Below, piece after piece: positions 48,700 through 62,507 of a stretch of 64,000 nucleotides of DNA (positions are counted from its first letter, which is position 1; the number at the start of each line of letters is the position of its first letter). The DNA comes from Mobula birostris (lineage: Eukaryota): contig NC_092377.1 of assembly GCF_030028105.1 (NCBI RefSeq), positions 13,512,782-13,576,781 of the forward strand. The letters run 5' to 3'. The position numbers and the translations under genes were made by a program. The notes under the pieces are model-generated. The model was not told the DNA's origin. It saw only the letters and a program-made list of their open reading frames with translations, and made no database searches.

Positions 48700-50925
48700 A
48701 TCGGCATTTTAGACTAATTAACAAGACCAAATTAAAGGAAGCCAGAGGCAAGCACATCAGCCATCGTCTGAGTGGACGCATTCAGAGTGGTGATCTTACG
48801 GCTTTAGCTCTTCAAGACTTCAGTGAAGAGCGGCTTCACTCAGAGAAAGCAAAGGAAAGAAAAGCTCATGTTTTTTTTTCCTTCTCTTCTTTATATCTGT
48901 TCTGCTAGATAGAGATGACAGGCAGGATAGTGTAATGCTCCTCTTGCGAGATGTGGGAAGGTAGGGAGACTTTCAATATCCCCGACCACTACAACTGTGA
49001 GAAGTGCAGCCAGCTGCAGCTTCTAACAAACTGCGTTAAGGAGTTGGAGCTGGAACTGGATGAATTCTGGATCATTTGGGAGGCTGAAGGGGTGATAGAT
49101 AGGACATGTAGAGAGGTAGTTACACCCCAGACGCAGGGTATAGAAAGCTGGGTGACCATCAGGAAAGGAAAAGGGGTCAAAGAGCCAGTGCAGAGTATCC
49201 CTGTGGCCAACCCCCTCAACAACAGATATGTCACTTGGATACAGTCAAGGGGAACAGAGGAAAGTCACAGTGGCTGGGTCTCTGGCACTGAGTCTGCATC
49301 TTTGACTCAGAAGAAAAGGTGATTCATTAGTTAGCAGAAAGGACAGGAGGTTCTGTGGACAACAACGAGTTTCTGGGATGGTATGTTACCTCCCAGGTGC
49401 CAGGGTCTGGGATATTTTGGACTGAGTCCTCAGAATCCTTAAATGGGAGGGTGAACAGTCTGAAGTCGTGGTCCATGTAGGTACCAATGACATGGATAGG
49501 ACAAGTGACAGGGTTCTACATAGGGAGTTCAGGAAGTAGGTGCTAAGTTAAAGGGCAGAACCTCCAGGGTTGTGATCTCAGGATTTCTACCCACACCATG
49601 TGCTGATGAGGTTAGAACTAGGAAGATTATGCAGTTTAATATGTGGCTAAGGAGTCGGTGTAGGAGGGAGGGAATAAGATTTTTGGATCTTTGGGCTTTC
49701 TTCCAGGGAAGTTAAGATCTGTAGAAAAGAGATGGTTTGCACCTGAACAGCAGGGGGACTAATATCCTAGTGGAAACGGTTGTTAATGCTGCATGATGGA
49801 GTTTAAACTAGAGTGTAGAGGGATGGGAATCAGAGTCCCAGAGCTGTTGGTGGAGAGGTTGTGGAGGCAGATGTTGGTAAGGCCTCAGACAGTTGGTAAT
49901 CAAAAAGTTGCATCCAGTATATGGAATAAGGTAATGAACTTTTAGCACAGTTGCAGATTGGCAGGTATGATATTGTATAATTGCTGAAGGATTATAGCTG
50001 GGAACTTAATGTCCAAGGATACACATTTTATCAGAAGGATGGGCAGGAAGGCGGGGGGGAGGGGGTGGCATTACTCTGTTGGTAAAAAAAAGAAATCAAA
50101 TCATTGGAATGAGGTGACATAGAGTTGGAAGGTGTTGAATCTTTGTGGATCGAGCTAAGGAACTGCAAGGGTAAAAGGACCCTGATGGGAGTTGTATAAA
50201 GACCCCCAAACAATAGTAAGGATGTGGTGTACAAATTACAATGGGAGATAAAAAATGCATGCAAAAAGGGCAATGTTACTATAGTCATGTGGGACCAATA
50301 TGCAGGTAGATTTGGAAAATCAAGTTGGTGCTGCATTACAGGAAGGGGGATTTCTAGACAGCCAATGAGATGGTTTTTTTAGAGTAGCTCATGGTTAATC
50401 TCACTACAGTATCAACTAATTTGGATTGGGTGCCTTACGATGAACCAGAATTGATTAGTGGGCTTAAGGTAAAAGAATCCTTGTCAGAAAGTGGTCATAA
50501 CAGTGGAGTAAAGAGGCATGAGAGAGGAGCTGGCCAGAATTGATTGGAAAAGAACACTGGCAGGGATGATGGCAGAGCAGCAATGGCTGGAATTTCTGGA
50601 AAGAATTTAAATGGCTCAGGATATATACACCCCAAAGAGAAAATAGTATTCTAAAGGAAAGACACAACCCTAACAACAGAAGTCAAAGCCAACATAAAAG
50701 CCAAAGAAGGGACATATAATACAGCAAAGATTGTTGGGAAGTTAGAGGATTAGGAAAATTTTAAAAACTAACAGAAGCCAACTAAAATAGTTATTAAGGA
50801 GGTAAAGATGGAATATAAAAGTAAGCTAGCCAGTAATACTAAAGAGGATACCAAAGGTTTCTTCAGATACATTAAGTGTAAAAGAGAGGTGAGAGTGTAT
50901 AATGATGCTGGAGAGATAGTAATGA
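48700..50925 (+). mobile_element. Decayed CR1 5' portions (ORF1 Cys motifs, esterase, APE)
   Basis: CEKCSQLQLL..ELELELDE; remnants of HVGTND and DGLHLN; decayed EN. Confidence 0.75.
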
Positions 50926-52153
50926 TTGTAAAACCTTGTGTATATATAAATCGGTTTATTAAGCATTCTTGGTCATTTAAATAATCCATTATTGTTATAT
51001 GTATAAATATGTGAATTGCATATGTCACTATGTTATCACGTGAAACATGATCACCTCACTTAAAGTAAACACAAATTTCGATATGCATTTTGGACTCCCA
51101 TGTCTTTGTTTGACTTAGTTTAATGTTTTGAAGTTACAAAGTATAACAGGAACCAATATCCATGCAGGAAGGTTTGCTAGTGATGTATGTTTGGGAGGGT
51201 GGAAGTGGGGGCGGGGGAAGAAGAAAGATTGGAGGTTTATACTCCTGATCATCGTTCTTTCACTGTCACAGAGTTCCACAGCATGCTAACAGGCCCTTTT
51301 GCCCATCTCGCCCATACTGACCACCATGTACATCTGAGCTAGTCCCTTTTGCCTGCAGTTGGCCCTTTTCCCTTTAAACCAGGAGTTCCCAACCTGGGGT
51401 CCACGGGACCCTCATTAATGTTAGGGGTCCATGGCATAAAGAAGGTTGTAAACCCTTCTATCCATGGACCTGTCTTCTACCCATGAACCTGCCCCTTATG
51501 TTTTCTGTAACATTCTAATAGTTTTTTTTAAAAAAAATTCTTGTGGACATTCACAGTAAGTACAAAGAAACTATACATAAATCTTTGGGAAAAAAATTCC
51601 ACACAGAGGGACAAACAAACTAATGTGCAAATGCCAATAATTTGTGCAAATACAAAAATAAAATAAATAAATAGATAGATAGATACTGAGAACACGAGTT
51701 GCAGAGTCCTTGAAAGTGAGTCCACAGGCTGTGGAATCGGTTTAGTGTTCGGGTGAGTGAAGTTATACTTGCTGGTTCAGGGGCCTGATGCTTGAAGACT
51801 AATAGTGGTTCCCAAGTCCAACGGTGTAGGACTTAAGGTTCCTGTACCTCCTTCTGGATGGCAGGGGTGAGAAAAGAGCCTGGATAGTGTTTGTGATAAT
51901 GGATACTGCTTTCCTGTAAGAGTGTTCCTTCTGATGTGCAAGGAATCTATGTTCATGCAGGTATTTGTTTATTTCTGCTTTTATTTTTTGGCAGGCTTTT
52001 TAAATTGAAAGTCCCTTTGGAAAAATAGAAGATACAATCAGTGGCCACTTTATTAGGTACAACTGCCTGTTAGTGCAAACATCTAATCAGCCAAACATAG
52101 AGCAGTAACTCAATGCATAAAAGCATGCAGACATGGTCAAGAGGCTCAGTTGT

Positions 52154-53396
52154 GACCTATCGCCACAATAGGTCAATGGCAGATGCAATCTCAATGGCTC
52201 TCCATACGGCTTTAGACCATCTGGACAACACAAACTCCTACGTCAGGATGCTGTTCATTGACTATAGCTCAGCATTTAATACCATCATTCCCACAATCCT
52301 GAATGAGAAGTTGCAGAACCTGGGCCTCTGTACCTCCCTCTGCAATTGGATCCTCGACTTTCTAACCCGAAGACCACAATCTGTGCAGATTGGTGATAAT
52401 ATCTCCTCCTCGCTGACAATCAACACTGGCACACCTCAGGGGTGTGTGCTTAGCCCATTACTCTACTCTCTATATACACATGACTGTGTGGCTAGGCATA
52501 GTTCAAATACCATCTATAAATTTGCTGACAATACAACCCATTGTTGGTAGAATCTCAGGTGATGACGAGAGGGCATACAGGAGTGAGATATGCCAACTAG
52601 TGGAATGGTGCTGCAGCAACAACCTGGCACTCAACGCCAGTGAGACGAAAGAACTGATTGTGGACTTCAGGAAGTGTAAGACAAAGGAACACACACCAAT
52701 TCTCATAGAGGGATCAGAAGTGGAGAGAGTGAGCAGCTTCAAGTTCCTGGGTGTCAACATCTCTGAGAATCTAACCTGGTCCCAACATATCGATGTAGTC
52801 ATAAAGAAGGCAAGACAGTGGCTATACTTCATTAGGAGTTTGAAGAGATTTGGCATGTCAACAAACACACTGAAAAACTTCAGGGTACTGAAGTTGTACT
52901 GTGGAGAGCATTCTGTCAGGTATGGAGGGGCTACTGTACAGGACCAAAAAAAGCTGCAGAAGGTGGTAAATCTAGTTGGCTCCATCTTGGGTACTAGCCT
53001 ACAAAGTACCCAGGACATCTTTAGGAAGCGGTGTCTCAGAAAGGCAGCATCCATTATTAAGGACCTCCAGCACCCAGGGCATGTCCTTTTCTCACTGTTA
53101 CCATCAGGTAGGAGGTGCAGAAGCCTGAAGGCACACACTCAGCGATTCAGGAACAGATCCTTCCCCTCTGCCAAATGGACATTGAAATTTTGGACACTAC
53201 CTCACTTTTTTTTAAATATATATTATTTGTTTTTTGTACAACTTTGTTTTAATCTATTCAATATACATAATTGATTTACTTGTTTATTTACTATTATTTT
53301 TTTTCTCTGCTAGATTAAGTATTGCATTGAACTGCTGCTGCTAAGTTAACAAATTTCATGTCACACGCCGGTGATAACAAATCTGATTCCGATTCT
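52154..53396 (+). mobile_element. Rex1-type LINE fragment with TSD GTTGT
   Basis: [31 protein letters not shown]; TSD at 52149-52153 and 53397-53401. Confidence 0.9.
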
Positions 53397-53724
53397 GTTG
53401 TTCAGACCAAACGTCAGAATGGGGGAGAAATATGATCTAAATGACTTTGTCAATGGAATAACTGTTGCTGGCAGATGGGGTGGTTTGAGATCTCAGAAAC
53501 AGCTGATCTTCTGCAGTTTTCGCCCACAACAATCTCTAGAGTTTATAGAGAATGGTGCAAAAAAATCCAATATGCACAGTTCTGTGGGCAGAAAGAGAGG
53601 TCAGAGGAGAATGGTCAGACTGGTTCAAGCTGATAGGAAGGTGACAGTAACTCAGATAACCAGGCATTACATCAGTGGTGTGCAGAAGCACAGCTGTGAA
53701 TGCACATGTCAAACCATGAGTGCT

Positions 53725-53972
53725 GGGCTACAGTAGTGTAGTAGTTAACACGTTTTACAGTACAGGCAACTGGAGTTCAATTCCCATCACTGCCTGTAAG
53801 GGGTTTGTACACTCTCCCAGTGACCACTCCGGTTTCCTTCTACAGCCCTGGTTGGTAGGTTAATTGGTCATTGTAAATTGTTCTGTGAGTAGGCTAGGAT
53901 TAAATCAGGGATTGTTGGGTGGTGTGACTCGAAGAGCCGGAAAGACTAATTCTATGCTGTATCAATAAAAAA
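53725..53972 (+). mobile_element. tRNA-derived V-SINE (decayed)
   Basis: A/B-box-like head (GTGTAGTAGTT, GTTCAATTCC), V-domain-like GTTTGTAC..CTCCC..CTCCGGTTTCC, A-rich tail. Confidence 0.65.
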
Positions 53973-55578
53973 AGACAACAAACATACACTCAGTGGCCAC
54001 TTTATTAAGTACAGGATTTATCTAATAAAATGGCTTCTGAATGCAGGTCTAAAGTGAGAGTATTAGGTTCAATGGGATATGAGGGGTAATTTTCTCAGAC
54101 AAATAATAATTAGCATTGGAATGAGTGGCCAGAGTGGTGATGGAGGCAGAGTGGTGGTGATAAGATCTCCGTTCGGTAACACTCCCCAGGACATTGTCAT
54201 TCTCTGTCCCATGCTGTCCTGCTTTAACTTCCCAAAATAGAGTCACTGATTTATATAGCTTTGAAATAGGCCCAACTCATCCCTGTCAACGAGTTGCATG
54301 CCTGAACTAGACCCAGCTACCTGCATTAGGCCGAAATCTCTCTCAAGCCTTCTTGTCAAAATGTCTGTGAAATATTGTAAATATACCCATATCTACAGCA
54401 TTCTCTGGCAAGTTATTCCACATACATGAAATATTCAGACTGTTAATTTTGCCCCTCAGGTCATGTTAAATAATTATCCTCTCACAATAAATTTATGTCA
54501 CTTACCTATGGACCTCCCTACCCTGGGGGAAAAGGACTATGGCCATCCCTATCTCATGGCTTTATAAACCGTTCTAAGATCACCCCTCAGTCTCCTACAC
54601 CCCAGCGGAAACAATCTCAGCCTATCCAATCTCCCCTTATAGGTCAACCCCTCCAGAAGCACTCACAAGTATGTGAATCGTTCAGAGGGACAGGAGGGAT
54701 TTACACAGTGTGAGGCTACAGAGGGATTTAAAAAGTCCCTCGTGATTTAATATATGTCTTTAAATCTGCCCCTCATCTTCCTGTCCTCCAGAACAAACAG
54801 TCCCAGCCTATCCGGCCTCCCCTTGTAACCCAAGCTCTCCCTCTTAGTCACATCTTTGAGAATGTTTCCTGCACCCTCTTCAGCTACATCACATAGTTCC
54901 TGTAGCTGGGTGACCAGAACTGCCCACGATAACCCTGCACACAATGCACATGGGAAACGACAGAGCACAGTGCTCCAATCTGAAACAGGAAGTGAGGATT
55001 CAAAACGAGCCAAGGGTGTAGGAGAGCAGACATTTCAGAGGGTCACAGGGACTGGAGGAGGTTACAGATTGAGAGGCTACAGAGGAATTTATATTTATCT
55101 ATGATTATTTATTTATTATCCATGATTTAACATACCTCTTTAAACCCTGTGCTCCAGAGAAACAGACCTAACCTGTCCTTGTAACTCAAGCCCTCCAGTC
55201 CCAGAGGACCATCTTTGTGAATGTTTCCAGCAACCTCTCCAGCCACATCACCCCATTCCAGAACTGTCCACAATACCCCAAGTGCAATCTCGCCAATGTC
55301 TTGTACAGCTGTAACATTCCACCCCGACTCCTGCATTTACTGGCCTGACTAATGAAGGCAAATGAAGTCAAGCACTTTCTTCACTACCTTGTCCACCAAT
55401 GTTGACATTTTCTGGAGTTCTACCCAGAGGACCTTCTACTCTGCAATAATCTCCAGGGCCCTGCCACTTACTGTGTAATGTTTCACCCTGGTTTAACTGA
55501 CTAAAATGCAATATTTGGCATTTGTCTGAATTAAATTACAACTGTCATTTCCTTGCTCACTTTTGCAGTGGATGTATG

Positions 55579-55827
55579 AAAGGCATCCGTTAGTCTTGCG
55601 AGACCATGGATCTGCGCCTGGAAAGTCTTCACTCTCCAGAGCACAAGCCTGGTCAAGGTTGTATGGAAGACCAGCAGTTGCCCATGCTGCAAGTCTCCAC
55701 TCTCCACGACACCAATGTTGTCCAAGGGAATGGCATTAGGACCCATACAGCTTGGCACCAGTGTTGTCGCAGAGCAATGTGTGATTAAGTGCCTTGCTCA
55801 AGGACACAACATGTTGCCTCGGCTAGG
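55579..55827 (-). mobile_element. Truncated SINE with RTE-like tail and 14-bp TSD
   Basis: TSD GCA(G/A)TGGATGTATG; GTGTCCTTGAGCAAGGCACTTAA body; CCATGGTCTCGCAAGAC..GGATGCC 3' end. Confidence 0.6.
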
Positions 55828-55949
55828 GCAATGGATGTATGTTCTATTGTAACTAGACAACCTTCTTCACTGTCCACTATACCATCAATTTTGGTTTCAT
55901 CTGCAAATTTAGTAACCGCCTTACATATATTCTCATCCAACATATTAAT

Positions 55950-56686
55950 TGTTACGTACCAGCAGCAATAGATCACAAATGAGTCAGGTTTTAATGTCAA
56001 AACCACTATCTTTATTAGTATTTACTCAAAATATAAAAGATTAAATGAAATAAACAAAAGTTAACAGTGTTATGCTTGTATATGTGTGTGTATATATGTA
56101 GCTCCCCAAACTATCAAGTTAGGAACGATTTTTAAAGTCTTAAGATTCAGACAGTGAAGTAGAAATGTTCAGTAATCCATGGAATAGACAATGGGAGAGA
56201 GATTTGTAACCCAGAATATAATGTAGAGGGAAGGTGATTATGTCGAATTCCACAAGTTCCACACTGGTATAACAAAATAGCAGACGTTGAGTCGTTCCGA
56301 AATCCACCTGGAGATATCACCAAATGACAGTCACAGGAAGATCGTCTTCAATTGGTTACCACTTAACACCCTGATTCCAGGTAAGGGCCAACAAGAGTGA
56401 TACCACAGGATACTCCAACAAATCCACACATATGGATGGATTATACGAAGTGACCATCACACATCCGTTGTGCACTGCGTGCCGATGATCACCCCAATCT
56501 TTTGGGCATAGGAGAGTTCCAGACCATAGCAGTGACAAGCTGAAGTTCCAACAGCTTTTCCAGTCTCTCTCTCTGTAGGTTTAAGTCAGCAGCCGGCTGC
56601 CGCAGCTTGTGACTAACGTCATAGTACGCCTCACTAAGGCGCTCTTAAAGTAACGCTCACAGCACGAGCCTGCGTCTCTCGTAACA
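55950..56686 (-). mobile_element. Solo LTR, same family as 47475-48261
   Basis: TGTTACG...CGTAACA ends, TTAAT/TCAAT flanks; absent from the paralogous site near 24565. Confidence 0.8.
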
Positions 56687-57324
56687 TCAATATATTTGAC
56701 AAACAAAATACACAACACCTTCCCCAGCAGCACGTCTGGTCACAGGCCATCAGTCTAAGAAAGTAATGTGAGTATTCAAAAGAGGCCACAGAGGGAAAAG
56801 GGCAGAACTGTGAGAGTTTACCAGGGCGAGAGGAGGTTACATAAAGAATGAGTGGTTGAGAAACAAGTGGGGAATGTGAGGCTAAGGCTGGGAATGATCC
56901 TGAGGCAGGGAGCTGGTGCAGTAGGTACTGTTCCCCAGGTGGGAAGCAAGAAGAGAAGAAGCTAATACCCACAGTGGAGTTGTAGTCAGGCCCACTCATT
57001 CTCTCACACATCCACATGGCATTGGCACAGAGCAAAGCACAGCTCGTCTGATCCAGTTGCTCTCTTCTCCATCTGTCCACACCTACCTGCAAACCATGAA
57101 CGAAGCCCATTACATCACCTCGCTGCTGCCCAGGGCCACACCAGCTCGTTGCCATGGGAACAGCAGCAGTGATGACAACACACAACTGGCTCCACAAAGT
57201 GGCGGTGCGTCGCAACACGTTTTGTCCGCAGCCTGGGAGGCAGGGCAGCGTGAGATTTCAATTAGAAGGGCAGCAGTAGGCAGTCACTGTGCACAAGACC
57301 TTCATGTGGACATTTCAATGTCAA

Positions 57325-57806
57325 CACAAAATAATCTGCAGATGCTGGGGTCAAAGCAACACTCACAACACGCTGGAGGAACTCAGCAGGTCGGGCAGCG
57401 TCCGTGGAAAAGATCGGTCAACGTTTCGGGCCAGAACACTTCATCAGGACTGTAGGGGGAAGGGGCAGAGGCCCTATAAGGAAGGTGGGGGGAGGGTGGG
57501 AAGGAGAAGGCTGGTAGGTTCCAGGTGAAAAACCAGTAAGGGGAAAGATAAAGGGGTGAGGGAAGGGAGGCAGAGAGGTGATAGGCAGGAAAGGTGAAGA
57601 AAGAATAGGGGAAAACACATTGGGTAGTAGAAGGAGGCAGAACCAAGAGGGAGGTGGTAGGCAGCTGGGGGAGGGGGCAGAGTGACATACAGATAGGGGA
57701 AGGGAGGGGCAGGGAACTACCGGAAGTTGGAGAATTCTATGTTCATACCAAGGGGCTGAAGACTACCTAGACGGTATATGAGGTGTTGTTCCTCCAACCT
57801 GAGTTT
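57325..57806 (-). mobile_element. Penelope-like 3' fragment (GIY-YIG C-terminus plus hammerhead motif), TSD AATGTCAA
   Basis: KLRLEEQHLIYRLGSLQPLGMNIEFSNFR*; CAGTC-CTGATGA..GCCC-GAAACGTT-GAC at 57415-57452. Confidence 0.8.
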
Positions 57807-58089
57807 AATGTCAAGTTTGCCACTGGGGAATGGAAATGGAATTTGGCACCAGGAAGGAAAAGGGCGATAATTCCAATCATCCATGCTTTAAAAGACAGAA
57901 AAGTAAAATAGATATAAAGAAAATTAAGCTTAATTTATATATTATGTTTTATTTTGTATTTGCACAGATGTCTTCCTTTGCACTATGGTTGCTGGTCAGT
58001 CCGTGTTTGTTTATAGTTTTTCATTTATTCAATTGTTTATTCATTAATGTTTATTCTAATATTTATCCTAATTCCTTGCCAAAGTAGAT

Positions 58090-59020
58090 TTGCATCATCA
58101 TGTACTTACCCTGAGACTCACTTTCTTGTGGGCATTCACAGCAATTACAAAGAAACACAACAGAATCAATGAAAACCCACACAACTAATAGACAAAAAGC
58201 AACCAACATGCAAAAACAAAAAAAGAAAAATTATTAATAAATATTGAGAACATGAGCTGTGGAGTCCTTAAAAGTGTAGTTTTCCCCTTGGTTCAAGAGC
58301 CTGATGGTTGTGGGGTAATAACAGTTCCAGAACCAGGTGGTGTGAGTCCTGAGGCTCCTGTACTTTCTTCCTGATTACAGCAGCAAGAAGGGAGCATGGC
58401 CTGGGTGTTGGGAGTCTTTGATGATGGATGCTGCTTTCCTGTGACAGGATTCCTTGTAAGTGTGCTCAGTGGTGGGGAGATATTTACCTGTGATGGACTG
58501 AGCCAGATCCAGTAAATTTTGTCGCCTTTTGCATTCAAGGGCATCAGCGTTTCCAAACTATGCTGATATAATAATGGTGAGGAATTTATAGCTGCTGATC
58601 CTCTCCACCTCTGATTACTTGATGAAGATTGGCTCGTTGACCTCCAGTTTCTTCCTCCTGAAGTCAATAATCATCTCTTTGGTTTTGCTGACACTGAGTG
58701 AGAGGTTGTTGTCGTGGCACTTTTCAGCCAGATTTTCAGTCTCTGTCCTACATGCGAATTTGTCACCACCTTTGATTGGGTCAACGACAGTGGCCTTAAA
58801 TGTGGCATTGGAGATGTACTTAGCCTTGCAGTCACAAGTATAAAGTGAGTAGAGCCAGATGGTTTCCGTGGGTTCACACTCCTGAAGGATGCACTTACGT
58901 CAGCCTCAAAGACTGAAATCACAGAGTCATCGAGGGCTGTGGGAGCCTGTGAAGGGGTCTCTATGCTTTGAGCTCATCTAGGAGTGAAACCTTGTTGTCA
59001 CTTATGTCGCTTGGTTGCTG
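58090..59020 (-). mobile_element. Decayed Rex1-type LINE fragment
   Basis: EADVSASFRSVNPRK; 3' UTR shared with 5810-6210. Confidence 0.65.
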
Positions 59021-59124
59021 CTTAACATGAATTTCAGAATTCCAATCTTCGTATCAATTTTCATCAAATTGAGCAGAAATCTAAAGATGTTATGCATAAG
59101 TTAGCCATGGCATTAGTTGGTATT

Positions 59125-59405
59125 ATTTATTTATTTATTGAGATACAGTGCAAGATTGGCCCTTTTCAAGCCACAGTGTCCAGAAAACCCCGCAATTTAA
59201 TCTAGCTAATCAAAGGACAATTTACAATAACCAACCAACTTAGCAGTAGGTCTTTGGACCCTGGGAGGAAATCGGAGCACCCAGAGGAAACCAACACGGT
59301 CACAGAGAGAACATATAATCTCCTAACAGGCAGCAGTGGGAATTAAACACAGTTTGCTGGTACTGTAAAGCATTGTAAGAGTCACTATTCTACTGAACCA
59401 CCGCA
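59125..59405 (-). mobile_element. V-SINE (decayed)
   Basis: Minus strand GGTTTCCTCTGGGTGCTCCGATTTCCTCCCA V-domain; (AAAT)n tail. Confidence 0.7.
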
Positions 59406-59594
59406 AGGTCACCCAGTATTGGGTGACCTTCAATATGGGACCCATGTCTCTGTAGGTTTATCTGGAGGGCTGAGTCTCTGTTCTGTCGTGGCTAAACCAC
59501 TGGAAATTGGCAGTTGTGGAGCTGGAAGATGTAAGGCTGCGCTCTGCACTGTCCCACACTCTGATTCCTCTCCCTGCCACTCTGTCTCTAAATG

Positions 59595-59705
59595 GTCACC
59601 AACGCAGAGCACTTCAAGCGAAAGACAGTTACTACTATGGATGTTATGTACGCTCACAAAGCACAGGCTCTTCTAAGGGCCACCCGCCACCTCACAAAAG
59701 AGACC
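59595..59705 (+). pseudogene. Histone H4 internal remnant with stem-loop and HDE
   Basis: VTNAEHFKRKTVTTMDVMYAL versus H4 [37 protein letters not shown] 59666-59681, ACCC, AAAAGAG. Confidence 0.85.
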
Positions 59706-62100
59706 AGAAGGTAGAGAAGCAGAATTGGTCCATTTGGCCCATTGAGTCTGCTCCGCCATTTCATCATGGCTGATCTGTTTTTCGTCTCAGCCCCAGTCTC
59801 CTGCCTTCTCTCTGTATCTCTTCTTGTCCTAACTAATCAAGCGAGGCCTTACCAGTGCTTTATAAAGCCTCAACATTACATCTCTGCCTTTATATTCTAG
59901 TCTTCTTGAATGAACGACCACAGCACCAACTCAACATGCAAATTAACCTTTAGGGAACCCTGCACAAGGGCTCCCGAGTTCCTTTGCGCCTCAGATTTTT
60001 GATTTTCTCTCCATTTAGAAAATAGTCTATCCTTTTATTTCTTCTACTAAAGAGCATAACCATGCACTTGTTGACACTGTATTCCATCTGCCACTTCTTT
60101 GCCCATTCTCCTAATCTGTCTACATCCTTCTGTAGTTGCTCCACATCCTCAAAACTACCTGCCTCTCCACCTGTCTTTGTGTTGCCTGCAAACTTTGCAA
60201 CAGTGCCTTCAATTCCATCACTACGTCACTATTATAATATAACAAGAATCAGTCCCAACACAGCCTCCTGTGGGACTTCACTAGTTACCAACAGCCAACC
60301 AGACAAAGCTCCCTTTATTCCCTCTCTTTGTCTCCTACCAATCAGCAATGCTCTTTCCATGTTAGTATAATTCTTGTAATACCATGGGCTCTTAACTTAT
60401 TAAGCAGCCTTATATGTGGCACCTTGTCAAAGGTCTTCTGAAAATCCAAGTATACAACAACTGATTCTCTTTTGTCTATCCTGCTTGTAATTTCTTCAAA
60501 GAATTCCAACAGATTTGTCAAGCAAGATTTTCCCATAAGGAAACCATGCTGACTATGGCCTATTTCATCATGTGTCTCCAAGTACTCCGAAACCACATCC
60601 TTAAAAATCGACTCCAACATCTTCCCAACCACTGTTAGTCTAACTGCCCTATTGTTCTTCTTTTGCCTCTTCCTTCTTGAAATTTTCCAGAACCATACCA
60701 GAATCTAGTGATTCTTGAAAGATCATTACTAATGCCTCCACAATCTCTTCAGAACCTCTTTCAGAACCTTGAGGTGTTCACCATCTGGTCCAGGTGACTT
60801 ATCTACCTTAAGACCTTACAATTTCCCAAGAACCTTCTCCCTAGTAATGTCAACTTTCACACTTCTGATCCCTGACACTCTCAAACTTCCACCACACTAT
60901 GTCTTCCACAATGAAGACTGATGCAAAATACTTATTCAGTTCGTCCACCATTTCCTTGTCCCCGATTATTCCCTCAGCATAATTTTCCAATGGTCCAATA
61001 TTCACTTTTGCCTTTCTTTTACATTTCATGTATCTGAAAATTTGTGTTGGTATCCTCCTTAATATTATTGGCTAGCTTCCTTTCATATTCCATCTTTTCC
61101 TTCCTAATTACTTTCTATTTACCTTCAGTTGTTTTTTTTTAAAAGGTTCCCAATCCTTAAACTTCATGTTAATTTTTGCTCTATTATGTGCCCTCTCTTT
61201 GGCTTTTATGTTGGCGTTGAATTCTCTTGTTAGCCATGATTGTGTCATCTTGCCTTTAGAATACTTCTTCCTCTTTGGGATGTATATATCTTGTGCCTTC
61301 CAAATTGCTTCCAGAAACTCCAGCCATAGCTCTCTGCCATCATCCCTATCAGTGTTATTTTCCAAACAACTCTGGCCAACTCTTCTCTCATGCCTCTATA
61401 ATACTGATGGACCTGACTTCAGCTTCTACTCAAATTTCAGGGTGAGTTTGCCCATACTGTGATCACTTGCCACTAGGGTTTCTTTTTACCTTAAACTCTA
61501 ATCAATTATGGTTCATTGCACAACACCCAATCCAGAATAGCTGATCCCTTAGTGAGATCAACTACGAGCTGCTGTAAAAAGCCATTGTGCAGGCATTCTA
61601 GAAATTCCCCCTCTTGGAATCCAGCACCAACCTGATTTTGCCAATCTATCTGCATATTGAAATTCCTCATTACAAAATTGCCCTTTTGGCATGCATTTTC
61701 TATCTCCCATTGTAATTTGTAGACTGTACATAACTCCCATCATGATTTTTTTTTACACTTGCAATTCCTTAACTTTACCCACAGCGATTCAATACACAAA
61801 ATGTATCCTTGGATGGTAAGCTCCCAACTACAGTCTTCTTTCAGCCACTGTTCAGTGATGCCCACATCATACATGCCAATCTGCAACTGTGCTACAAGTT
61901 CATATACCTTAATCGTTATACGGTGCACATTCAAATATAACACTGTCAGTCCTGTATTCGCCCTTAGTTACCTTTATCATCCTGTTGACTGCAAATTTTC
62001 CATATCATCAGCCTCTCCTTGCTAGGAGTCTCACTGTACATCACTTTTGTTTGTAACCCAGCTACCTCATTCTCAGCACTCTAGTTTCATCCCCCTGCAG
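59705..62100 (-). mobile_element. Decayed CR1 LINE
   Basis: YLNVHRI..GITEQW, SQHGF..YLDFQKTFDKVPH, WAKKWQMEYSV. Confidence 0.88.
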
Positions 62101-62507
62101 TTTATCGGGGAGACAGGAGGTCTCACGGGCTTCCCACATCCCACACACAAGTACAAAACATCACAGGAGTCCCGATGAAGGTGTCTCGGTTGGAAACGCC
62201 GACTGTTTACTCTGTTCAATAAATGTTGCCTGGCCTGCTAAATTCTTCTAGCATTTTGTGAGGTACACAGTGCGATCAATGTAAGATTAAAATTGACCTC
62301 CAACCATTAGTCCTGAGACTGGCCAAAGTCCAGCGGCCAGTGACTCATACTGGTATCTCGGCAGCCCCCACCCTACGTCGTACTTCGTCTGGAATGGGCT
62401 GTTTGAAATCAATGCTGGATATTAAGCTTTATGCACTACAAAAGACACGGTTGGGGTCGGTCATACAACGCCGACAGTTGGTGAGGGACCCAACTGTGGG
62501 CTTCATT

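Larger units (their letters stand above)
52034..54045. mobile_element. Non-autonomous Tc1-like element hosting LINE and SINE insertions
   Basis: CAGTGGCCACTTTATTA(G/A)GTACA at both ends, with an inverted copy at 54020-54042; HTH-like remnants 53400-53720. Confidence 0.6.

Noticed and set aside
50926-51149. Short TG...CA elements as mini-LTRs (also 18443-18648)
   Set aside because: No TSD could be verified
51380-51458. hAT-type MITE (CAGG.GTTCCCAACCT...AGGTTG..AACCC)
   Set aside because: TIRs imperfect and no clear 8-bp TSD; insufficient support
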